A DNA stretch of 64,000 nucleotides, taken from Planctomycetota bacterium. Lineage in GTDB: Bacteria; Planctomycetota; B15-G4. The notes beneath the pieces were generated by a model. That model saw only the letters and a program-made list of their open reading frames with translations. It was not told the DNA's origin and searched no databases. Position 1 is the stretch's first letter; the number at the start of each line of letters is the position of its first letter. The translations under genes were made by a program, and so were the position numbers. The stretch lies in the NCBI GenBank assembly GCA_965248575.1, contig CBDFJQ010000002.1, forward strand, positions 2,848,001-2,912,000, in the 5' to 3' direction. Below are positions 29,713-38,904 of this stretch, in pieces.

Positions 29713-32700
29713 GCGGGACCTTCCTGCGTGCCTTGCTGGTGAGCGCCGCCCTCGGCGCCATCTCAGCAGCCATGCCTGCTGCGGCCTGGCCCCAGGACTC
29801 TGCGCGCGATCAGCAACTGCTGGCGGCCCAGGCGCTTCGCGATCTCGCCATCTCGCAAACGGAAAGCGGCCGCATCGAGCAAGCCGCGAAGGGCTTCATG
29901 GAAGCCGCGAAGCAGTTTGGCGAGGCCGGCGACGATCTGGAACGCACCAAGTGCCTGCACAACGCGGGCGCCATGTTCGAGCTGGCCGGCCACTACGAGC
30001 AAGCGATCACGGCCTTCGGCCAAGCCCAGACCTGGAGCGCGCGCCTGCGCCGGGCGGACTACGCGGCCAGCTCGGCCGTGGGTCGGGGCCTCGCCCTGGG
30101 TCGCTTGGGCCGGCAGCCGGAGTGCATCGAGGCACTGGACATCGCCGTCGCCCTGCTCGAGCAGTTGGACGACCCGGCCCAGTTGGCGCTGGCCCTCTTC
30201 AATCGCGGCGTCTCCCAGGCAACCCTGTCGCGCGATGAGGACGCTCAACTCAGCCTGTCTCGCGCCGAGCAGCTCTACCGGCAGCTGGGCGATGGGCGCG
30301 GGCAATCCTGGGCCACCACCAGCCTGGCCCTCGTCTACGAATCCGCCGAGCGGCCAGGCGATGCCTACGCTGCGTTCACCCGCGCCATCGAGATCACGCA
30401 GGTGCTTGGTGACGAAGCCAAGCTAGGCATGCTCTACAACGAGCGCGGCCTCGTGCTGAAGATGCTCAATCGCTGGGAAGAGGCGCTTGTGGATTTCGAT
30501 GCTGCGGCGCCTCTGCTAAGCGCCGCAGGAGACACCCAGCAGCTGGCGCGTCAGGCCATCTACAGCGGCGAGGCCCTCTCGAGCCTCGGCCGCTTCGAGC
30601 AGGCGCTGGCTGCCTTCGAGTTGGCTGAGAGACGCAATCCGGCGGACGACGACCTCCTGGCCGGCTATGTGCTCCAAGGTCGCGGTGAGCTGCTGTGCTT
30701 CGTCGGCAAATATAGCGAGGCGCTGACACTCTTCGAGCAGGTCGCGCTGATCATGGAGCGCCACGGCGAGCATCGACACCTGGGTCGCATCGCCACCAGA
30801 CAGGGCGAGGCATCCCGCAACCTGGGGCACTTCGGAGATGCCCTGCGCTTCCACGTGGCGGCAGAAGCGCACTACCGCCGCGATGGGCATCGGGGCTACA
30901 CCGCAGGCGCCATCATGGATCGCGCAGAGCTGTATTCAGAGCTGGGTCGCTTTGACGAGGCCATGGCAGCCTACGACGACTCCCAGAAGTTGTTCGAGGA
31001 GATCCACGACCGCGAGTGGTTGGCCCTGGTGGATGTGAGCCGTTCGGCCACGCTGCGCAAGGCCGGTCGACCCGAAGAGGCCTTCGATGCGCTGGAGCGT
31101 GCACGCCCCGAGCTCGAGGCCATCGGCAACGAACGGCAACTGGCCGTCCTGCGCTTCGACCGAGCCGTACTCCTGAACAGCCTCGGGCACTTCGAGCAAT
31201 CCCTCTCGGAGCTCAAGCTCGCCGAGCCGGACTACCTCGCAAGCGGTGGGCTGGGGGCGGCGGCGCACCTGGAGCTGGCCCGTGCCACAGCCCGCCGCAA
31301 CCTGGGCCACGTGTCGCGAGCCCTCGCCGGCTACGACCGCAACGAGGCCATCCTGGAAGAGCTGGGCCTGCTGCAACACCTCGTGCGCGTGGCCGTGCTG
31401 CGCGGGGGCTTGCTCTCCGAGCAGGGCCGCCATGCTGAAGCGCTGGCCAGCTATGACGCCGCGGCGGGGCGCTTGGCTGACCTGCTGGCCGGGCACGTAG
31501 CCACCCTCGGCGAGGGCAGCTCGTCCAGCTTGCGGGCCGAGTTTGCGCCTGTGGTTCCGGCGGCCCTCGACAGTGCGGCGGCTCTGCTCAGCCTGCCGCC
31601 TGAGACACGCAACGAGGCGACTCTGGCTCGCGCGTGGCGCGTGTTGGAAGTCTTCCAGGGGCTCGGCATGGCCCAGCTGGTGGCGGAGCAAGGGCTGCAT
31701 TCCGACGACGACCTCCCGCTCGAGATGGCGATCTCTCTTGAGGCGGCGCGCCAAGCGCTGAGCACCGCAGCAGAACAGCTGGTGGAGGCTCAAGCAGACG
31801 GGGACGGGGACGGCGACGTGGCCGCTGCGAGCGCGACCCTCGACGCACACCGGCTCTCGCTTCGCCAGCGCCTGGAAGAAGCGCGCCTGGCGACGCCCGA
31901 CGTGGTGCTCCCACCCATCGCCGAACAGGAGCAGGTGATCGCCGCACTGTCTGCCGGCGAGGCCCTGCTGCACTTCTCGGCCTTGGGTGAGCAGGTTCAT
32001 GCCTTCGTCGTCACGCCGTCAGGTGCACGGCTCGTCCCGCTGGGGCCCACGGCAGCCGTGGATTCCGCCGTAGAAGCCGTCGCGCGGCGACTGGACCCGG
32101 CCCTGATCCGTGAACAACCGGTGCCCACGGAGTTGATGGCCGATCTACGAGCGCTGGGTCGCCTCGTGCTCGACCCCGTCCTCGCCGCGATCACGGAAGA
32201 GGGCGAGCCCCTGCGCCGCCTGCTCATCGTGCCCTCCGGCAACCTGTGCCGCGTGCCCTTCGAAGCCTTGCTGACAGCGGACGTCGAAGCCGACGCGGAC
32301 CCCAAGCACTGGCCCTACCTGGTTGCAGAGGTCGCCGTGACGCACGTGCACTCAGGCACAACTTGGCTCGCCTTGCGGCAACGAGCCCTGGAACGGCAAA
32401 CGCGCCAACAAGCTGCGGGCAGTCCGGCGTACGTGGCCCTGGCACACCCGCTCTACAACGCGCTCTCCTCGGAGTCTCCGGGTCGCTCGTCCTGGTCCCC
32501 CCTGCCTCGCACAGCCGACGAAGTCCTGGCGGTCGCACGCCTGCTGGCAAAGGGCGCGGACGACAAGGCCACGCTGGATGCCCTGGCCGACCAGTTGATC
32601 GAGGGATTGGTCGACGGTCCCCCGGATCACCTCGAACCCATCGCGGGTGACGACTTCCTGTTGCTGCTGCGCGACCAAGCGACGGAAGCCCAACTCAAGC

Positions 32701-33158
32701 AGCGCCCGGAAGTCTCCGAGGCACGCATCCTGCACCTGGCCTGCCATGGGGCAGCCGACACCCTCTCTCCCGCTCTTTCGCGCCTCGTGCTCGGACCCTC
32801 GCCGTCGGAGGACGGGCGACTCTTCGTGGACGATCTGGCGCGCCTGCCCCTCTCATGCGATCTGCTGGTGCTGTCTGCCTGCGAAACGAACGCCGGGCCC
32901 GTGCGCGCCCTCGAAGGGGTCGATGGCTTGTCGCGTGCCGGGCTGGCGGCTGGCGCCCAAGCCGTCCTCTCCACGCTGTGGCAGGTGCAGGACGACGGCG
33001 CACGACGACTCATCGTGGCCTTCCACGAGGGCTGGCTGCACGAGGGCAAGACCCGCATCGCCGCCCTGGCCCATGCCCGGCGAAACGCCATCGCCCAAGG
33101 CGTGCCCATCTCGACCTGGGCCGCCTTCCAGCTCTGGGACGGCGTCACCGGCCACTAG
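29709..33158 (+). CDS. Exported TPR-CHAT (caspase-like) protease
   Basis: Signal-like N-terminus, many TPRs, LLIVPSGNLCRVPFEAL, ILHLACHG, LVLSACET, STLWQV. TTG overlaps the kinase stop. Confidence 0.9.
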   Translation: MSGTFLRALLVSAALGAISAAMPAAAWPQDSARDQQLLAAQALRDLAISQTESGRIEQAAKGFMEAAKQFGEAGDDLERTKCLHNAGAMFELAGHYEQAITAFGQAQTWSARLRRADYAASSAVGRGLALGRLGRQPECIEALDIAVALLEQLDDPAQLALALFNRGVSQATLSRDEDAQLSLSRAEQLYRQLGDGRGQSWATTSLALVYESAERPGDAYAAFTRAIEITQVLGDEAKLGMLYNERGLVLKMLNRWEEALVDFDAAAPLLSAAGDTQQLARQAIYSGEALSSLGRFEQALAAFELAERRNPADDDLLAGYVLQGRGELLCFVGKYSEALTLFEQVALIMERHGEHRHLGRIATRQGEASRNLGHFGDALRFHVAAEAHYRRDGHRGYTAGAIMDRAELYSELGRFDEAMAAYDDSQKLFEEIHDREWLALVDVSRSATLRKAGRPEEAFDALERARPELEAIGNERQLAVLRFDRAVLLNSLGHFEQSLSELKLAEPDYLASGGLGAAAHLELARATARRNLGHVSRALAGYDRNEAILEELGLLQHLVRVAVLRGGLLSEQGRHAEALASYDAAAGRLADLLAGHVATLGEGSSSSLRAEFAPVVPAALDSAAALLSLPPETRNEATLARAWRVLEVFQGLGMAQLVAEQGLHSDDDLPLEMAISLEAARQALSTAAEQLVEAQADGDGDGDVAAASATLDAHRLSLRQRLEEARLATPDVVLPPIAEQEQVIAALSAGEALLHFSALGEQVHAFVVTPSGARLVPLGPTAAVDSAVEAVARRLDPALIREQPVPTELMADLRALGRLVLDPVLAAITEEGEPLRRLLIVPSGNLCRVPFEALLTADVEADADPKHWPYLVAEVAVTHVHSGTTWLALRQRALERQTRQQAAGSPAYVALAHPLYNALSSESPGRSSWSPLPRTADEVLAVARLLAKGADDKATLDALADQLIEGLVDGPPDHLEPIAGDDFLLLLRDQATEAQLKQRPEVSEARILHLACHGAADTLSPALSRLVLGPSPSEDGRLFVDDLARLPLSCDLLVLSACETNAGPVRALEGVDGLSRAGLAAGAQAVLSTLWQVQDDGARRLIVAFHEGWLHEGKTRIAALAHARRNAIAQGVPISTWAAFQLWDGVTGH

Positions 33159-33214
33159 CAGCCTGTCGCGGCAGTCATCAGCTGCGAGAGGCCGCTTCAT
33201 TTTCTCGAGATTCC

Positions 33215-33241
33215 TGTCCACCCGGGGCGCCGCTGGGTCAC
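33215..33241 (+). promoter_or_regulatory. Candidate ECF promoter TGTCCA-N16-GTCAC (copy 2)
   Basis: Upstream of ATG 33300; matches 27542-27568. Confidence 0.55.
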
Positions 33242-33299
33242 GGGGGAAGTGGAAGGGCGAGGCATTCGGCCCCGCCGCCACTCATTCGAGGAAAGAACC

Positions 33300-35090
33300 A
33301 TGACCGCCATCGCCCGTCTCGGTCGCCTGACGACCACCCTTTGTGCCGTGCTCCTGCTCGGCGGGACCGCCCAATCGCAACTGCTTGCGGCCAAGGAGCA
33401 CCCTTTGCTGCCTCCGTCGCCCCCCGCCTTTGGAGACTCCCTGCTGCTGGAGCCGGTGGACGTGGCCGTCATGTCCTGGTGCGGCTCCGTGTCCTGGGCC
33501 TACGTGGCGGACGAGGTGAGCAACCTCATCACGCGCTTCATCATCACGCCCTCCGGATCGGCCGTCGGTGCCGTCGAGTTTTCGGGCTTCACGGGCGGAC
33601 CCTACGGCGTGGCTGTCAACGACATCCCGGGCCACACCTACCAGGAAACGGTCTACGCCACGGGCTTCGACCTGGCGGGCGACGCCGCCGTCCTCGTGTT
33701 CGACAAGTACGGCAACTTCCTCAACAGCTTCAAGGGCAAGAACACCGACAACCTGGTGTTCCCGCACGGCATCGCCGTGGGCCCGCAAGGCCACATCTTC
33801 GTGGCCGACCCCATGCGCCGTGTCGTGGATGAGTTCGACCCGCTCTTCGTGCACCTCAGCAGCGCGGCCCTCACCGAGAACCAGTACTTCCCCAACCAGG
33901 GCGGCGAGCCCTGGGACGTGAGCGTCGACCTCATGCGTCGCGTGCACGTCTCGGCCTTCCAGTACTTCCCCTTCCCCGTGGGCCAGTACGACATCTTCCG
34001 TTACGGCGACGCCTTGCCCACGATCGGGGCCGGCACGGGTGCGAGCACCTTCGGCATCGCCGGTGTGGACGCCCGCAGCCTGGACCGCAGCCGCTACTCC
34101 AACAACGACGCCGAGGTGCACCTGCTGCCCTGGGGCGAAACGGTCTGGCCAGCCTGGACCTTCTCCGGCCCCTTCATGAGCACGATCCCTGTGGGCGCCG
34201 CGGCCGCTGATCACCTGGGCGGCCTGGAGACCCAGCGCACCTGGCGCATCGCCGGCCTGTCGGGCACCGATCGCATCGTGCGCTGCGACCGGCGGGTGTT
34301 CATCACGGACCGCACCGACGGCGAGGTGGAGGTGCAGGCCAGCAAGCGGCTCTCGACCCCACGCCCTGCCGATGCCATCGCCTGGTGGCAGCTGGACGAA
34401 AGCAGCGGCACCACCGCCAAGGACAGCTTGGGTTCGAAGCACGGCAGCTGGAGCGGCGGCGCCGCGCCCAGTGAAGGCGTCGTGCGCTGCGCCATGACCT
34501 TCGACGGCGGCTCGGCCGGGGTCGTGGTCCCCAACCACTCGTCGCTCGAGGTGGGCACCTCCGATTTCAGCCTCGAGGGCTGGATCCGCGTGGACCCCGA
34601 AACGACCGACACGTTCACCTTCATCGACAACCGCTCACTCAGCGGCGTGGGCTACCGCGCGCTGCTCGACAACGGCGCCCTGGGTTTCGAGATCGATGAC
34701 GGCGTGGACTTGCAGCTGACTCAGTCCACGGCCCAGGTCGACGACGGCTTGTGGCACCACGTGGGCATGGCGGTCGAGCGCGGCGTGAGTACGCGCCTCT
34801 ACGTGGACGGTTCCCTGGTTGCCACCGGCGGCATTGGCAGTATCACGGGTTCCCTCTCCTCGGGGGCCAGCCTCTACATGGGCCAAGACAACACCACGGG
34901 CAGCACCGGTCTGCAGGGTGGGCTGGATGAAATCACCCTCTACCACCGCGCCCTGGCGGGCAGCGAGTTCTCCTCCATCGACAACGCCGAGTGCGCAGGG
35001 AAGCACCTGCCGCCCGTCGTCTTCGGCCACGTCTTCGGCACCTTCTCTTCCAGCAAGATCTCGCTGCCGCAGGATCTGTTTCACTTCTAG
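33300..35090 (+). CDS. Secreted NHL-repeat plus LamG-like domain protein
   Basis: Signal peptide; PHGIAVGPQGHIFVAD (NHL); AWWQLDE, FSLEGWI, DGLWHHV, LYVDG, GGLDEITLYHRAL (LamG). Confidence 0.85.
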   Translation: MTAIARLGRLTTTLCAVLLLGGTAQSQLLAAKEHPLLPPSPPAFGDSLLLEPVDVAVMSWCGSVSWAYVADEVSNLITRFIITPSGSAVGAVEFSGFTGGPYGVAVNDIPGHTYQETVYATGFDLAGDAAVLVFDKYGNFLNSFKGKNTDNLVFPHGIAVGPQGHIFVADPMRRVVDEFDPLFVHLSSAALTENQYFPNQGGEPWDVSVDLMRRVHVSAFQYFPFPVGQYDIFRYGDALPTIGAGTGASTFGIAGVDARSLDRSRYSNNDAEVHLLPWGETVWPAWTFSGPFMSTIPVGAAAADHLGGLETQRTWRIAGLSGTDRIVRCDRRVFITDRTDGEVEVQASKRLSTPRPADAIAWWQLDESSGTTAKDSLGSKHGSWSGGAAPSEGVVRCAMTFDGGSAGVVVPNHSSLEVGTSDFSLEGWIRVDPETTDTFTFIDNRSLSGVGYRALLDNGALGFEIDDGVDLQLTQSTAQVDDGLWHHVGMAVERGVSTRLYVDGSLVATGGIGSITGSLSSGASLYMGQDNTTGSTGLQGGLDEITLYHRALAGSEFSSIDNAECAGKHLPPVVFGHVFGTFSSSKISLPQDLFHF

Positions 35091-35353
35091 GGCGTGCTCC
35101 ATACCCTGCTGGCCTTCGCTGAAGGCCTGGGCACGGGGGCAGTGGCGTCGATGGCGCGCCCTGCTCCCGTGCCGCTTTCGTTGTGGGGCCAGAGTCGTCT
35201 GACGAGGGTCCCCAAACCTCGACGAGCAAGGCCGTGACGACTGCCTCACCGGCCCCACACAAAGTTTCTTCAACTTCCCTGTCCGGGAACATCCTTCCCC
35301 GCGCTTGTTCCCCCGGCGCGGGGAGCGCCCGTTCACCGAAATTGGAGAGTCTG

Positions 35354-37432
35354 ATGCTTGAGTGTGTCCTGTCGTGCCTACTGTCCGCCGCCCTCACGCC
35401 ACTCTCGGCGCCAGCCCCAGTGCCCGCCCCAGTGCCTGGCGAGCAATTCCAATACGTCCACGGCGGTGTCGTCATGCGCGTCGTGTCGACTGGCGACAAC
35501 GATCTCTGGACCACTCATACCGGCGGCGTCATCCGCTGGTCCATCGACGGCGGCACGAGCTTCACCAACGCCCGAGTGCCCACGAGCGTCACCGGCACCC
35601 TGCGCGGCATCCAGATCTCATCGGATGGCCAGGGGCCCTTCGCCTACTGCGTGGGTGCGGACGGCGTGCTGCTCTTCTCCACCGACAACGGCCACAACTG
35701 GACACTGAAGCCTCAGGTGCTCAACCCCTTCCTCGCACCCGCCGAGCTGTGGGACTGCTTCTTCAAGGACCGCGACAACGGCTGGATCGTGGGTTTCGAC
35801 CACACCATCTACGAGACCAGCGACGGCGGCCTCAACTGGACGAACATCGCGCCGCTCGGACACATCGCCGCCGCCAACCCCGAGTGGTATCAGATCTACG
35901 CCTGGGGGCCGGATGAGTGGATCGCCGTGGCCGACGAGGGCTGGTACATCCGTCACCTCCCCGGCGGCAGCATGCCCCACGCCCGCATCGACGTGACGCA
36001 GGAGTGCTACCAGCCGCAGATCGCCAGCCCGCCCTTCGACCTGGAACTGTGGTCCGTGGACTTCGTGGGAGACACGGGCCTGATGGCAGGCGGCGTGGGC
36101 AACAACGACGGCTACGTCTACAAGTCCACGGATCGCGGTGCGACCTGGAACCTGCACACGAGCTGCTACGACCACCTCAGCCCGACGGGCAACGGCCTGA
36201 CGCCGCCCAGCTTCTACGGCGTCGAGATGTTCGACGACCCCACCAAGGGCATGCCCGCGGGCTACGGCTCTGGTGTGTACTTCACCGGCCTCTCATCCAC
36301 GAGCGCCGCCGTCACCGGCTGCCCCAACTGCCCGGCCGGCTCGCTGGCCCTCACCCAAGTGGTGAACGACTCCGACGCCAACATGACCGTCGAGGCCACC
36401 GACGACAGCGGCAAGCCCCTGCAGCGCGACATCTCGACCTCCGACAGCCAGCTGGTGGCCTGGACCGTGGGCGACTTCGGCACGGTGCGTCGCTCCGACG
36501 ACCAGGGCATGACCTGGACCGAGAAGGCTGGCCTGCACCGTGGGCGCATCCGCGGCGGGGAGTTCGATGACCTTCAGACCGGGACCGTGTTCGGGCAGGG
36601 CTGGCGGATCTACTGGACCACCAACGGCGGCCAGGACTTCACCCTGGAAGACGAACCCACGATCCCGCTGGACCCCATGGGCAACCCATGGTTCGGCCAG
36701 TCCAACGCCGCCGCGCTGACGCCTGGTGCTGCAGAGGCCGTGGTCGTGGGCGACCGGGGTCGTATCGCTGTGCGCGACAACGCCGGAGTCTGGACGGACC
36801 GCTCCATAGGGCTCTGGAGCACTCCGACGACGCTCACTGCCGCCCTCATTTCGGACGACGCGAGCGTGATCCTGGTGACGGCTCCAAGCGGCACGGTCTA
36901 CCTGAGCATCGACGGCGGTGCCAACTTCACACCCAACACCCTCATGTCTGGCGGCTCACCGGTCACAGCCGACCTGACCGACATGGTGCTCATGAACAAC
37001 TACGTGCTCTACCTGGGGGCCAATCACACCATGTACGCAGCCAACGTGAACAACCTCTTCACGGCCGTGGCCGCCGTGCCCATGGTGGGTTCGACAGCCA
37101 TTCCCACGGCACTGGCCTCAGCACCAGGCCTGCAGATCTACGCGGGCAATGCGGGCGGACAGCTCTTCAAGTACAACACGGGCTCAGGCCAACTTGAGCT
37201 GGTCACCGCCATCACGCCCGCCGACCTGGGCAATCGGGTCAACGACATCGAGCCGGTGCCTGGCACGGCGGATTGGTTCTTCGGCGGCGAGAGCGGCACG
37301 GTCCAGCATTTTGACGGGACTGTTTGGAAGGCCGTCAAGTCGAGCTTCGAGCGCGAGGTGCGTTCACTCGAATTCTTCTCGGCCACCGAGGGATTGATCG
37401 TCGGACGGAAGACGAGCATCGGCGTGTGGTAA
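35354..37432 (+). CDS. Secreted BNR/Asp-box (Ycf48-like) beta-propeller protein
   Basis: Repeated S/T-x-D-G-G-x-x-W/F motifs (SIDGGTSF, STDNGHNW, TSDGGLNW, STDRGATW, SDDQGMTW); GGAG RBS. Confidence 0.85.
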   Translation: MLECVLSCLLSAALTPLSAPAPVPAPVPGEQFQYVHGGVVMRVVSTGDNDLWTTHTGGVIRWSIDGGTSFTNARVPTSVTGTLRGIQISSDGQGPFAYCVGADGVLLFSTDNGHNWTLKPQVLNPFLAPAELWDCFFKDRDNGWIVGFDHTIYETSDGGLNWTNIAPLGHIAAANPEWYQIYAWGPDEWIAVADEGWYIRHLPGGSMPHARIDVTQECYQPQIASPPFDLELWSVDFVGDTGLMAGGVGNNDGYVYKSTDRGATWNLHTSCYDHLSPTGNGLTPPSFYGVEMFDDPTKGMPAGYGSGVYFTGLSSTSAAVTGCPNCPAGSLALTQVVNDSDANMTVEATDDSGKPLQRDISTSDSQLVAWTVGDFGTVRRSDDQGMTWTEKAGLHRGRIRGGEFDDLQTGTVFGQGWRIYWTTNGGQDFTLEDEPTIPLDPMGNPWFGQSNAAALTPGAAEAVVVGDRGRIAVRDNAGVWTDRSIGLWSTPTTLTAALISDDASVILVTAPSGTVYLSIDGGANFTPNTLMSGGSPVTADLTDMVLMNNYVLYLGANHTMYAANVNNLFTAVAAVPMVGSTAIPTALASAPGLQIYAGNAGGQLFKYNTGSGQLELVTAITPADLGNRVNDIEPVPGTADWFFGGESGTVQHFDGTVWKAVKSSFEREVRSLEFFSATEGLIVGRKTSIGVW

Positions 37433-37706
37433 GAGGGGGCCAACGCGCCGTTCTCGCAGCCGATCAGCGCGGCGAGAACGGCGGCTGTCCGTTTCGACGG
37501 TCAACCGGGCGACGTCGCCAGGGTGCTGGGTACACCCATCAAGGAGAGGGCTTCATTGCGCAGCTCCAGGCGACCTTCGCGGAGTCCGGCAGCTAGCTAG
37601 TGGTCTTGGGGCCCTCGACCTCTGTAGTCTTTCTGGACGCGGCTTTTTGAGTAACGGGGCGCCCGGCGGCGCCTCCCGCGATTCGCGAAAGGCAGAGCAC
37701 CCTTCC

Positions 37707-38873
37707 ATGGTCGACCCAACTGTGCCCGCGCTGACGGCGGCGGCTCGCGCCTCGCGGGCGAGCAGCCGCCTGCTGCTTGCCGCGGGGAGCTTGCTGGTGG
37801 GCCTGATGTTGGCCGAAGGCGCCGTGCGTGTTGTGGAGTCGGTCAAGGGGACGAGCTACGCGCTCCAATTGGACGCTCAATTCGACAAGCCGTCCCTGTT
37901 CCAACCCCATCCCTACGTGGGCTACATCCTGAGTCCCGGGGCGGCATCGCCTCCGGGCTCCATCCTCAATTTCAGTGTGAATGCGATGGGCTTCCGCGGA
38001 GAGAACATCTCGCTCAGCAAACCCGCGCGCACCTTTCGGATCGCATGCCTCGGCGGTTCGACCACCTACGGGTCGGCGGACAAGGGCGACGCCACAACCT
38101 GGCCAGCGCAGCTGGAACAAGAGTTGAACAACTCCCTACCTGCCGGAAGCCCCTACAAGAGTGTCGAAGTCATCAACGCAGGTGTTGTCGGATACACGTC
38201 GATGGAGTCCTTCGTCAACTTCAAGATGCGTGTGATGCCCCTCGAGCCGGATCTCGTCATCCTCTATCACGGCATCAACGATGCTCGTGTGATCGATCGC
38301 CCCGACTTTCAGCCCGACTACTCGCACGTGCGCATGCCGTGGGTGCGACCCGTCGCTTCACGCAGCGACGTGCTCTTCGGTTGGAGCCACTTGTATGGCT
38401 GGATACGCGGGCAGGCGTCTATACCCACGGTGGATGACGCCACAATGAAGCCCTTCCTCGGAGAGCGGCTCGCAGAATCCGAGGAGCGCACAGGGCTCAC
38501 CACCTGGCGACGAACTCTGACAGAGCTGACTTCCTTGGCGCGGGGCAACGGTGTGCATGTGATGCTGACGTCCTTCGCCTACACGCGCGAACTCAAGCAC
38601 CGCAAGAAGTGGATGCTCTCCGCATTCCGCGTCGTCGACAAGATGAATGCGATCACGGAAGAGCTGGCTCGCAACCTGGACACTCTCTTTACCGATGTCT
38701 CCGAAGCGGTGGGAACTCGCCAGGGGTTCTTTGTCGACTCGGTGCATCTGTCCGCCGCCGGCAATCGCCGCATTGCACGGGCCGTGGGGCAAGAAATTGG
38801 TGAGGCCGGGTTGCTCGCGAAGCAGGGTTCCGCACCCTCGATCGAGCAAGAGGGCGCCAAGGCGCAACGCTAG
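37707..38873 (+). CDS. SGNH/GDSL hydrolase-like membrane-anchored protein
   Basis: CLGGSTTYG, EVINAGVVGYTS, YHGIND, DSVHLS. Confidence 0.85.
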   Translation: MVDPTVPALTAAARASRASSRLLLAAGSLLVGLMLAEGAVRVVESVKGTSYALQLDAQFDKPSLFQPHPYVGYILSPGAASPPGSILNFSVNAMGFRGENISLSKPARTFRIACLGGSTTYGSADKGDATTWPAQLEQELNNSLPAGSPYKSVEVINAGVVGYTSMESFVNFKMRVMPLEPDLVILYHGINDARVIDRPDFQPDYSHVRMPWVRPVASRSDVLFGWSHLYGWIRGQASIPTVDDATMKPFLGERLAESEERTGLTTWRRTLTELTSLARGNGVHVMLTSFAYTRELKHRKKWMLSAFRVVDKMNAITEELARNLDTLFTDVSEAVGTRQGFFVDSVHLSAAGNRRIARAVGQEIGEAGLLAKQGSAPSIEQEGAKAQR

Positions 38874-38904
38874 CCTCAGCCGTCGCCCCGTGAGCAAGAC
38901 CCGC

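Noticed and set aside
29709..33158. Craspase (type III-E CRISPR) assignment for TPR-CHAT plus sigma factor
   Set aside because: No Cas7-11, csx30/csx31 or array nearby, and the CHAT protein appears exported.
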